DNA of 63,938 bases, counting the filler, from an uncultured bacterium (GTDB taxonomy: Bacteria; Hinthialibacterota; Hinthialibacteria; Hinthialibacterales; Hinthialibacteraceae), in NCBI GenBank assembly GCA_964449065.1. It is 4 parts of 4 records of this genome, joined end to end, with 100 filler letters (N's around TTAATTAATTAA, not from the genome) between each part and the next. Parts side by side here need not be neighbours in the genome. Positions count along the whole stretch, not along the records: positions 48,622 to 63,938 come from CAYVAZ010000099.1; 3 more parts are not named here. One strand, written 5' to 3'. Below are positions 48,890 to 57,523 of the stretch, one piece after another. Position 1 is the stretch's first letter. Each line of letters opens with the position of its first letter. A program made the position numbers and the translations under genes. Under the pieces are notes generated by a model. The model did no database searches and was not told the origin of the DNA. It saw nothing but the letters and a program-made list of their open reading frames with translations.

Positions 48890-50152
48890 TCAATTTTCAT
48901 TATGGTGGGATTCTTTCACTCGTTCTTCCAGTTGAGTAGGAACGTAGCGGAATGCGGGCAATTGGATGAGGGGTTGGTTCATCCAAGCGCGCAGGTGGGT
49001 GTGATAATTGAGAAACTCACTGACATAGATTTGTAGGACGAATGTCAGCCAGAACATAAAGATGAGTATCATGCACAACGCGGCTTTCAATTTTGTGCCC
49101 AACCATCTGCCAATCTGTACCAGAATAGAGGATTCATCGAGTTCGGCGTTTTGATCGGCACCCGTTGCTTTGATGACAGTTCGCTCAAATGGGCTTAGGG
49201 ATTCCAACGGGAATTGGTTGTGATGCAAAGCGCTCATCAATGCGGATACATACACTCGAACCGCGAAGAGGTGGACGATAACGTAACCGGCAAAGCAGAT
49301 GAACCCCGTCCAAAAATAGTAGCGGTTAAGGAATTGCAGGATTTCCGCATCGCCGGCATTCATCCAATGTTCTGCATGGCCGATGAAACCGGGTGCGATT
49401 TTGATGATGGTGATGGGCAAAGAGATCAGGCTAAACAATGCGATGAGTATGGTGTAGTAGAGCCAGCTGGATTGAATGAGCCGCCAATTGGCGCGGAAGT
49501 GGTAGAATGAACGCCACTCTCCGGTGACCGCTTGACGGGCCTGCGCCATGGGGACATAAAACATGATGAGGCAGAAGAGGATGATTCCGGTCACGCCAGT
49601 GGTTGCGCCGACGAAGGATTGCTCATACACCTTGTTAAACGAGTTGTTCCACCCGGCATGCCAGGCGAATTGCCATAACAGGCAGGGAACCAGCGTAAAG
49701 ACATAGGTGTTGAACACGGCTTGAATCCCGATTTTGAAGTTCAGCCAGACAGAGTGCAGTGGGAATCTGAAAAGCGCCTTTATGGATTGCCAGAGAGTAT
49801 CGGCATTGTGCCACTGCTCGTTAAAGGTAGTTTTGGCGTTTTGCTGGAAAAACCAGTTGGGTGGAGATTGCAGATATTGCAGTTCGGGATGAGTGCGGGT
49901 GAGTTTGCTAAATGCCAGGGTTGCGTGTTTTTTGTTTTGGCTTTTGACCAAACAGTAAACCGCATAACGCTGCATCAGGCGGTAGGTCCATCCCACGACC
50001 ATAACGCAGAGTATGATGGACTGACAAAACACAACGCCAATAAACCAGCGCCAGAGAAAAGCCAGAATGGAAGCGACCCGGCTAACGAATGACTTCGAAA
50101 CAGGATGATCGATATTGGAATCAAACGATTGGGTATAGGGCATGGCGCACAT
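48890..50152 (-). CDS. conserved-looking polytopic membrane protein of unknown function
   Basis: About 6-7 TM segments with GWNNSFNKVYEQ and WMNQPLIQLP loops; TAATG-coupled to the upstream gene. Confidence 0.75.
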   Translation of the reverse strand: MCAMPYTQSFDSNIDHPVSKSFVSRVASILAFLWRWFIGVVFCQSIILCVMVVGWTYRLMQRYAVYCLVKSQNKKHATLAFSKLTRTHPELQYLQSPPNWFFQQNAKTTFNEQWHNADTLWQSIKALFRFPLHSVWLNFKIGIQAVFNTYVFTLVPCLLWQFAWHAGWNNSFNKVYEQSFVGATTGVTGIILFCLIMFYVPMAQARQAVTGEWRSFYHFRANWRLIQSSWLYYTILIALFSLISLPITIIKIAPGFIGHAEHWMNAGDAEILQFLNRYYFWTGFICFAGYVIVHLFAVRVYVSALMSALHHNQFPLESLSPFERTVIKATGADQNAELDESSILVQIGRWLGTKLKAALCMILIFMFWLTFVLQIYVSEFLNYHTHLRAWMNQPLIQLPAFRYVPTQLEERVKESHHNEN

Positions 50153-51363
50153 TAGGCAAATACCTCATCAAGAACGGGGCCTTCGGTGAATTCGGTGGGC
50201 ATGTTCATGATCTGCCCGATAGTGGAAGCGATGCTGCTTTGATCGGTCTTGAAGTCGATTACTTTTCCTTGATCGATACCCGGTCCCATGAATAACGCGA
50301 AGATTTCATGAGCCGATTTTGAGTTAAAGTGATGCTGGAAGGGCACATCCATCATGCGGTTGGTATCGCGTCCGCAGTCGGGAACGATGACGAAGACGGT
50401 GTTATCCCGGTATTCTTCGTCGGCTTCAACGGCGTTGACGAGTTGTTCGATGCCGCGGTCAATGATAGCGATGCCGCGGGTGTAGTGCTGCGGATTTCCC
50501 CAATGCACGTAATCGGGGTCGCTGTAGTTGATCATCATCAACTTTGGCCGCAATTGCTTAAGAGCGCGAAGAGCTAATTCCGTGAGTAAACGGTCGCCGC
50601 GGGGATTCACCAAGCCGGAATCGCCATAGAATGCCCGCCAGTCATCCCAGAATTGTTCGATGTGGGGATCGAAACCCTTGCCGGAACGGATGCGGTAATC
50701 GATGGATTCCAATTCTTGTAATTGCTTTTTGAGATGTTGGTGTACGTTTTCTTCTCCATCGAATTGGTCTAATTTTTCGCGTAAGAGATAGGTCTTAAAG
50801 CGGTGCAGGCTGAGAGTGTTGGAGCGGTAATTTACTCCAAACAGATGATGGTTGCTGAAGTTATAGAATTCTTCATCGGTGCGGTCTTCTCCATTGATGA
50901 TGATCGTTTGATGTTCGGGGACATCGTAGGCTTTGCGGAGATATTCAAAGACGGTGGGGACTTGCGCTTCAAACCGTGATCCGAGAAATTTGTAGGGGAT
51001 GTTTTCGTATTGCTCACCAACATCTTTGTAGCGTTCGTATTTTCCGGTGAGGATGTAGAGGGTGCCTTGGCCATGGCTGGTTTCGATTTGGTCACCCTCT
51101 TCGTTCAGCTGGGCGAGTTCCATGTTATTGAGCAGAGTGCCGCGTTTGGTGAGTTCCCGGCAGAAGAAAGGGCTGTAGGTGTGTTCCGGTTCAATACACT
51201 CGCGGCGGCGGACACCTCCGCCAAAGCGGATGATAACGACGTTGGGGCCGGAATACGGTATTCGCGGCGGTTTGGGATAAGGTTGGCCTAGAACCGGTAA
51301 CGCGGAAAGTGAACCTACGGCGGCGGCGCTGGTTTGTAGAAACTGGCGGCGGGTTGTGCTCAT
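50152..51363 (-). CDS. Tat-exported alkaline-phosphatase-superfamily-like protein
   Basis: TRRQFL leader; PNVVII, TSH, DPDYVH, YRDNTVFVIVPDCGR, FQHH, IASTI. Confidence 0.65.
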   Translation of the reverse strand: MSTTRRQFLQTSAAAVGSLSALPVLGQPYPKPPRIPYSGPNVVIIRFGGGVRRRECIEPEHTYSPFFCRELTKRGTLLNNMELAQLNEEGDQIETSHGQGTLYILTGKYERYKDVGEQYENIPYKFLGSRFEAQVPTVFEYLRKAYDVPEHQTIIINGEDRTDEEFYNFSNHHLFGVNYRSNTLSLHRFKTYLLREKLDQFDGEENVHQHLKKQLQELESIDYRIRSGKGFDPHIEQFWDDWRAFYGDSGLVNPRGDRLLTELALRALKQLRPKLMMINYSDPDYVHWGNPQHYTRGIAIIDRGIEQLVNAVEADEEYRDNTVFVIVPDCGRDTNRMMDVPFQHHFNSKSAHEIFALFMGPGIDQGKVIDFKTDQSSIASTIGQIMNMPTEFTEGPVLDEVFA

Positions 51364-51451
51364 GAAATCCCTCGATCCGTAAAATGATTTGCGAACTCGT
51401 TTTTTTTCGGATAATCTGTAATTATACTTTTAAAAACAAAGGATATATTGA

Positions 51452-52186
51452 ATGTTCCAATCGTTACAGTTTCCAATTGCCAATAGAACAGTTCATTTAT
51501 GGAATACTACGGTTACACCGCTGCAGATATTTATTGGATTAATTCTTTTTTTGGGACTTTATCTGCAAGGGTGTGCCGCCACCAAGATGGTCGCGGTGCC
51601 GACGGAAGAGGCGCAAGTCACACCAAACCGAACCTTCGCGATGGTTGGCAAAGAGGGCGTTAATCTCAGCGTTACACACACCAAAACCCCTTATTCGATT
51701 GATGAGATAACGACGTTTCAGGTTCAGGTATACAATACGCTCAATTCGTCAGTCGAATTTATTCCCAAATCGTATTTGCTGTTCGATCTAAACGGGGCAC
51801 AGTATCAAGCGTTGGGTCCGAACGCGCTGGCGGAAGCATCCTCTTCTGGATCCTATCACCGAAATTATTATCATTTTGGGTTTGGCTATGGCTACCCGTA
51901 TCGTTACCACCACTCATTGCACTTCCATCATGGATTTGGCCATCATTTTTATACACCATACTCTTATGGAAGACGGTATAAAGGAATGATTGCCAAAGCG
52001 CTGCCGCTGCACCCGGTTACAGTACATGCCAAATCGCGTGTGGCAGGGAATATTTACTTTCCGGTGAACCCGAAGCATTTGGACCGGGTAGAAGTGCTGA
52101 TTGTACGGTTGAATGAAATGCCGAAAGACGGGCAGCCGCAACCAAGAGAGATTGAGTACCGGTTTGCGTTTGATGTGGTGAAGTAG
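51452..52186 (+). CDS. putative lipoprotein with His/Tyr/Gly-rich insert
   Basis: Hydrophobic stretch plus LQGC lipobox; YHRNYYHFGFGYGYPYRYHHSLHFHHGFGHHFY. Confidence 0.7.
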   Translation: MFQSLQFPIANRTVHLWNTTVTPLQIFIGLILFLGLYLQGCAATKMVAVPTEEAQVTPNRTFAMVGKEGVNLSVTHTKTPYSIDEITTFQVQVYNTLNSSVEFIPKSYLLFDLNGAQYQALGPNALAEASSSGSYHRNYYHFGFGYGYPYRYHHSLHFHHGFGHHFYTPYSYGRRYKGMIAKALPLHPVTVHAKSRVAGNIYFPVNPKHLDRVEVLIVRLNEMPKDGQPQPREIEYRFAFDVVK

Positions 52187-52434
52187 AAAAAACAAACAAG
52201 CACCAAGTATCATTGAATTCCCAGGAACGCGGCCATAATGCCCTCAGTTTGAGCTTATAGCACTAGTGTTGTGTCAAAGATTTAATCACGGAGATCGATC
52301 CCCTGAAGAACCCCCTTAACAAGGGGGGACAACGGGTAGCCAGCCGTCATTTTTTGATTGACAAAGTACTAGGTTAGGTGAGAAAGCATGTATTTTAAGG
52401 CGGGCGTGAGCCTTGCCCTCCCTTGCCGCATTCA

Positions 52435-54291
52435 CTAGTCCGGCAATGCGAACGCGTGAATATAATCCCCACGCTTCGTCCCCGGTTTGGCGCCGCCGCC
52501 CGCGCAGATAACTACGTATTGCCTGCCGTCTTTTCCGGTATAGGTGACCGGAGCCGCGAAGCCTGACGCGCCCAATTGGGCTTCCCAAAGTTCCATGCCG
52601 TCATCGATGGAAAACGCGCGGATTTTCGAATCCATCGTGGAAGCAATCAAGACGATGTCACCCGCGGTAACGGTGGCACCTCCGAAGTTTTCGGTGCCGG
52701 TGATGGGAATGCCGCGTTCCGTCAATTCTTCAAACTCACCCAGTGGCACACGCCATAAGATATCTCCTTTGTTCAAATCAATCTTGATCAGTTCTCCCCA
52801 CGGCGGTGCAACGGTGGGGTAGCCGTTTTTGTCGCGCCAAAAAATGTTTCCCTTGATGCGGTAGCGGAACGGACTTCCCTGCAGTTCTTCCAAACGGATA
52901 ATAAAGGCGAGTTCGGTGGTGTTGATGTACATCATGCCATCGGGCGAGACCGTAGCGCCCGACCAATTGGCCCCGCCGTGCAATCCGGGATAGACGATGC
53001 TTCCTTGCAGCGATGGCGGGGTGAAGATTCCATCATACCGCAGCGAGCGGAACGTTTTTAGATTCTCTTGATAGGTTTCTTCATCGATGCGGGCCAACCC
53101 CTCTTCGGTTAACGCATGCCTCGTGAGAGCGGGCGGTTTAGAAGGGAACGGCTGGGTTTTGGAAAGATGTTCTCCCGGCACGCCGTCTTGCGGGACTGGT
53201 TTTTCTTCGATGGGGAAAATCGGTTTACCGGTGAGGCGGTTGAGGACATAGACCATCCCGGTTTTGCCTGCCTGTACCACCGCGGGGACAGTGCGGCCGT
53301 TGATAGTAAGATCAATCAGGTTGGGCTGGGCGGCTAAGTCGTAATCCCACAAATCGTGATGGACGGTTTGGTAATGCCAGACGCGTTCGCCGGTGTTGGC
53401 ATTCAACGCGACAACGGCATCTGTAAACAGGTTATCGCCGGGACGCTCGCCCCCAAAAAAATCCCAATTGGGTGTGCTAATGGGCAAAAAAAGCATCTCC
53501 CGCTCATGGTCAATGCTCATGATGGACCAAACATTACCGCCGCCGCGGTTTTTCCATGCATCGTTTCCCCAGGTATCCGCTCCGGTTTCATCTCCATCGG
53601 GAATGGTGTTAAAATGCCAAACTTCTTTGCCGGTACGGACATCAAACGCGCGCAGCGGCACTTTATCCGCGGGGCGGTTGGCATCGTTGATGCCAAAGCC
53701 TTGGATGACTAAATCTTTGAAGATGGCGGGCGGCGAACTGATGAAGAGGTAATAGCCATTTTGCGGCAGCCCATCGCGCAGATTGATGTGCCCGCCTTTG
53801 CCGAAGTGAGGATCGGGTTTGCGGGTGTTGAGATCAATGGAGTAGAGCCTGCCATCGCGTACAGGCAGGAAAATGCGTTCATCACTGCCAGACTTCCAAT
53901 ACGATACCCCGCGGCTGGCAAGCCCTCCCGCGCCGGTTTCACTTTTGTCGAGCGGTGGGTCGGGACTATAATCCCAAAGCAGTTTTCCGGTGGTGGGTTC
54001 GATTGCCAGCAGGCGTGAGAACATGGAGATGACATAAAGCGTATCATCAATCATCAAGGGTGTGCATTCAAAGTAGTGGCCTTGTTCCGCGTATTCGCCC
54101 GTGCGGAATGTCCATGCGGGTTCGAGTGAATTGACGTTTTCTTGATGAATTTGATCGAGCGGTGAGTAACGATTGCCGTCAAAGGCGCGGGAATAATAAT
54201 GCCATTCGTCACCTGGGACTTGGGTATAACCTGCGATTGTAAAAAGTAGAATCAATAACGTGTTAACGAATTTCATAATCCACCCCATCAT
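52435..54291 (-). CDS. PQQ-dependent dehydrogenase (glucose/quinate/shikimate family, signal peptide instead of TM domain); start may be 54276
   Basis: RYSPLDQI, ECTPL, SRGV, GGGNVWS, HHDLWDYD, AGKTG, GGANW, PPWG, GRQYVVI.AGG. Confidence 0.9.
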   Translation of the reverse strand: MMGWIMKFVNTLLILLFTIAGYTQVPGDEWHYYSRAFDGNRYSPLDQIHQENVNSLEPAWTFRTGEYAEQGHYFECTPLMIDDTLYVISMFSRLLAIEPTTGKLLWDYSPDPPLDKSETGAGGLASRGVSYWKSGSDERIFLPVRDGRLYSIDLNTRKPDPHFGKGGHINLRDGLPQNGYYLFISSPPAIFKDLVIQGFGINDANRPADKVPLRAFDVRTGKEVWHFNTIPDGDETGADTWGNDAWKNRGGGNVWSIMSIDHEREMLFLPISTPNWDFFGGERPGDNLFTDAVVALNANTGERVWHYQTVHHDLWDYDLAAQPNLIDLTINGRTVPAVVQAGKTGMVYVLNRLTGKPIFPIEEKPVPQDGVPGEHLSKTQPFPSKPPALTRHALTEEGLARIDEETYQENLKTFRSLRYDGIFTPPSLQGSIVYPGLHGGANWSGATVSPDGMMYINTTELAFIIRLEELQGSPFRYRIKGNIFWRDKNGYPTVAPPWGELIKIDLNKGDILWRVPLGEFEELTERGIPITGTENFGGATVTAGDIVLIASTMDSKIRAFSIDDGMELWEAQLGASGFAAPVTYTGKDGRQYVVICAGGGAKPGTKRGDYIHAFALPD

Positions 54292-54343
54292 AATACGTCA
54301 AAAAATCATTGCCCCCATTTTCCAGTCAAGAACACACCTCATA

Positions 54344-55501
54344 TTAACATTCACTTGACCCATGCGTGAGACGAAACAGAGGTCTCAGCCCTGCCGGGAA
54401 AAGGGATAATCCATGCCAAAGATAATACGATAGAGACGGGTTCATGGCAATGGTTTGGAGCCAACGGCTCCAGCGGATTTTACGTTGCAATGAAGCAGTC
54501 CAATCCTGTCGCCATGCCGCGGCGATTTGAGGGATGTGCTCCGCATCCAGATTGTGTGAATACGGTTGGAGAATCTTCGCCAGTTGAAATGCCGATTGCA
54601 GCGCGAAGGTTTGGCCGTTGCCGCAGAGGGGTGATGTCATCCCGGCGGCATCACCAATGAAGAGGATGTTGTCCCTTACGCATTCTTTGTTCACGAAGGG
54701 AATTTGCGCGGTTGCTAATAAAGGTGAATCGCTGGGGGTGAATGATTGCAGCCGTTCATCCAAAGCGGGATTCATCCCTAGCAATCCTTCGCGCAGCGTT
54801 TGCCATGTTACCGGCTTGGCTACCGATTGCAGCACGTGTTGATGCAGCAGCATGCATACATTTGAAAGCCCATTCTCTACCCGGCATATCCCGCAGTAGC
54901 CGCCGGGGAAGACATACATTTCAACCGCATCATCATACTCATCTGGATTTGTGAATACGCCGTGCTGTTTGCATCCGGTGAAGGGCTGGCGTTTGTTGAG
55001 AAAGGGGCGTTGGAGTTCCCGGTCCAGATGGCCCCGCTTGCCGTGGGCTAATACTACCAGTTTGGTTTCCAACCGCTCTTCATTGCGGTTGGACTTGATG
55101 TGAACGCGCTTTCCTGCAGGCATATCTTCTATGGATAGCGCTTGGGTGTTGTCAAACACATCACACCCCGATTCACAGGCCTTTTGAAATAGAAGCGCGT
55201 CCAAACTGCGGCGGCTGATGCCGATTCCAGCCCGTGGCAAATCAAACCGCACACGTGTTTTGGACGGCGTGACAAATTGGGCACGGGTGATGGGGACGGC
55301 TCCCTGCTCTGTCACTGCATCATACGTATTGAGATGGTGAAGCAAAGGTATAGCGTGAGGAGATAAGAACTCGCCGCAGAGTTTATCGCGCGGGTAGGCG
55401 CCTTGTTCGAGCACGGCGGTTCGCAGGTTGGTTTGAGAAAGCAGAACAGCCAACGCGCTGCCCGCGAGACCGCCGCCTATGATTATCATGTCATACATCA
55501 T
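54344..55501 (-). CDS. FAD-dependent oxidoreductase (geranylgeranyl reductase-like)
   Basis: IIGGGLAG, YPRDKLCGEFLS, GGYCG, IGDAAG..PLCGNG. Confidence 0.88.
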   Translation of the reverse strand: MMYDMIIIGGGLAGSALAVLLSQTNLRTAVLEQGAYPRDKLCGEFLSPHAIPLLHHLNTYDAVTEQGAVPITRAQFVTPSKTRVRFDLPRAGIGISRRSLDALLFQKACESGCDVFDNTQALSIEDMPAGKRVHIKSNRNEERLETKLVVLAHGKRGHLDRELQRPFLNKRQPFTGCKQHGVFTNPDEYDDAVEMYVFPGGYCGICRVENGLSNVCMLLHQHVLQSVAKPVTWQTLREGLLGMNPALDERLQSFTPSDSPLLATAQIPFVNKECVRDNILFIGDAAGMTSPLCGNGQTFALQSAFQLAKILQPYSHNLDAEHIPQIAAAWRQDWTASLQRKIRWSRWLQTIAMNPSLSYYLWHGLSLFPAGLRPLFRLTHGSSEC

Positions 55502-56259
55502 ATTGGTTTGGTCGCTGCCAGTTCCGGCTGTAAGACCGGTTCTTTCACTTTGACTTCAGACCTTTTGGGGATAATCACCAGCCAGCGGAACGCCCAGTGC
55601 CAGGTGATATTGGGCAGCGGCAATCCGGCTTTGCTGACGATATCGTACAGTTCATAGAGTTGAAACGCGTTGAGTACGGAGACCGGGGCATCGTGGCGGA
55701 TCATCGGGCTGCGCGAACCGATTTGGGTGAACCATTTGATGGAGTAATAAGAGAGCGGATGGCGGTGGATGTCGTTGATGACGACCCCGTATTTGCAAAG
55801 CTCGTACATTTTTTTGACGGCTTTGATCGCGCGAATATCATGAAAGTGATGCAGGCAGAGGGACGAATGGACTATATCCGCGCCGTCATGGGCTTCGAGA
55901 TTGAACAGGTCTTCGCATAAAAATTCGGTGTTGGGTACACGGTGGTTTTTTTGGCGGGCATATTCAATGATACGGGGGTTGCAATCGATACCGATGTAAT
56001 GCAGGTTCATTTTTTTGCGCCGTGCCCAGCGCTGCAAAAAGCGCGAGATCTCTCCGCCACCGCAGCCGGGGTCGAGAATTTTGCAGTCCATCAGGTGTTT
56101 GGGTAAAAGCGTTTGAATGCCGTGCATACTCACCGCGTACCCGCCCAGCCACTCGTTGATGAGGTGCAGCTCATCCAGCGTGCGCGTCATCTGTTTCGGG
56201 TCGCATTCGGGCAGATCCATCCACTCTTCTATGGCGTGCCGTTCGCTAAAATCAACCAT
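55498..56259 (-). CDS. SAM-dependent methyltransferase (type III PKS-associated)
   Basis: EWMD, INEWLGG, LDPGCGGG, LCLHHF, IND.HR, HDAPVSV. Confidence 0.88.
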   Translation of the reverse strand: MVDFSERHAIEEWMDLPECDPKQMTRTLDELHLINEWLGGYAVSMHGIQTLLPKHLMDCKILDPGCGGGEISRFLQRWARRKKMNLHYIGIDCNPRIIEYARQKNHRVPNTEFLCEDLFNLEAHDGADIVHSSLCLHHFHDIRAIKAVKKMYELCKYGVVINDIHRHPLSYYSIKWFTQIGSRSPMIRHDAPVSVLNAFQLYELYDIVSKAGLPLPNITWHWAFRWLVIIPKRSEVKVKEPVLQPELAATKPI

Positions 56260-56266
56260 TCCTTAC

Positions 56267-57379
56267 TCAATTCACTTTGAACACCGCACCCTCAATCACT
56301 AATCCGGGACCGAATCCCATCGCGGTGATGTATCCGCTTCTCAGACCGGTTTGGCGCAGCCGATCCACCACAAAAAATAAGGTCGCACTCGACATGTTGC
56401 CGTAGTTGCGTAATACATGATAGGAGCATTCTGTATCTTGTGGATGGAGAGCGAGCGCTTCTTCTACCGATTCGACTATCTTTTTGCCGCCGGGATGAAC
56501 CGCCCAGGCGGCCATGTCATCTTGAGATATACCTGCCTGTTTCCAAAGCGCTCCCAAAAAATTTCGTGTTTCTCGCCGGATGGTTTTGGGAACAGCGGCA
56601 TCCAGCGTCATGATAAAGCCGGTGTCGTGGATCCGCCATGTCATTTGATCTTCACAATCGGGAATTACCACCGACTGCGTTTCCATGATTTCTATTCCAT
56701 GATTGAATCGATGATTTCCACCATAAACAACGACGGAACAGCCGTCAGCAAAGAGGCTGTTTGCGATGATGGTTTGCCGGCTTACATCTTTTTGGAAATG
56801 AAGCGAGCAGAGTTCGATGTTGATGTGCAATACGACTGCATCCGGATGGGAATCGATAATATGTTTGGCGGAGCGCATGCCGTGAAACCCGGCGCAGCAT
56901 CCCATAAAGCCGATGATTAAACGTTGTGTATTGGGGTTTAAATCAAGGCGCTTCATCAATGCCACATCCGGGCCGGGAGCAAAGAAGCCGGTGCAGGTAT
57001 TGATGATGAGATGCGTGATATCCGCCGCTGCGATTCCTGCGTCTTGGATTGCTTTTTGGGCGGCAATGAATGCCAGTTCTACGCTTTCGTGTTCGTAAAT
57101 TTCCATGCGTTTTGATGTTGGTGGAAAGGGTTCCAGCGCCCAGTTTTTGGGGAAGAAGATGAATTCATCCGGATTCAGCGTCATGTAGTCCTGAATGACA
57201 CCATGGCGTCTTTCGATGCCGCTGTGGGCGTAAATTTGCTCCATAAATTTCAGGTAGCGGTCTACATTTGTTTCCGGATGGCTGGCCTTCAGCACACGCG
57301 ACATAAATTCGTAAACTTGCGGCTGTGGCGCTTGTCCCGGAGGTACGGCGGTACCGATTCCTATGATAGATGCAGTCAT
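56267..57379 (-). CDS. type III polyketide synthase (chalcone/stilbene synthase family)
   Basis: IGTAVP, CTGFFAPG, GFMGCC (Cys), ELCSLH, LFADG, HPGG (His), GNMSS (Asn), FGPG. Confidence 0.95.
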   Translation of the reverse strand: MTASIIGIGTAVPPGQAPQPQVYEFMSRVLKASHPETNVDRYLKFMEQIYAHSGIERRHGVIQDYMTLNPDEFIFFPKNWALEPFPPTSKRMEIYEHESVELAFIAAQKAIQDAGIAAADITHLIINTCTGFFAPGPDVALMKRLDLNPNTQRLIIGFMGCCAGFHGMRSAKHIIDSHPDAVVLHINIELCSLHFQKDVSRQTIIANSLFADGCSVVVYGGNHRFNHGIEIMETQSVVIPDCEDQMTWRIHDTGFIMTLDAAVPKTIRRETRNFLGALWKQAGISQDDMAAWAVHPGGKKIVESVEEALALHPQDTECSYHVLRNYGNMSSATLFFVVDRLRQTGLRSGYITAMGFGPGLVIEGAVFKVN

Positions 57380-57464
57380 AAACTCTTCGCGCAACGGAAA
57401 GATTGTCGAAGAAAGGATACTTGAAGATGGAGTAAATACCTAGTGAATGAATTGAGTGGCGCAC

Positions 57465-57505
57465 CACGAAAAAAGCACCGGAATACGTCCGGGGCTTTTT
57501 TCGTG
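57465..57505 (-). terminator. intrinsic terminator after the 1715-aa gene
   Basis: CACGAAAAAAGC.CCGGA..TCCGG.GCTTTTTTCGTG inverted repeat with A/T tracts on both sides. Confidence 0.7.
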
Positions 57506-57523
57506 ATTTTATCTGAACAATAC

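Noticed and set aside
52435..54291. Lanthanide/methanol-type dehydrogenase
   Set aside because: It lacks the vicinal CC disulfide motif of MDH/ADH quinoproteins, and its motifs fit the glucose/quinate family.
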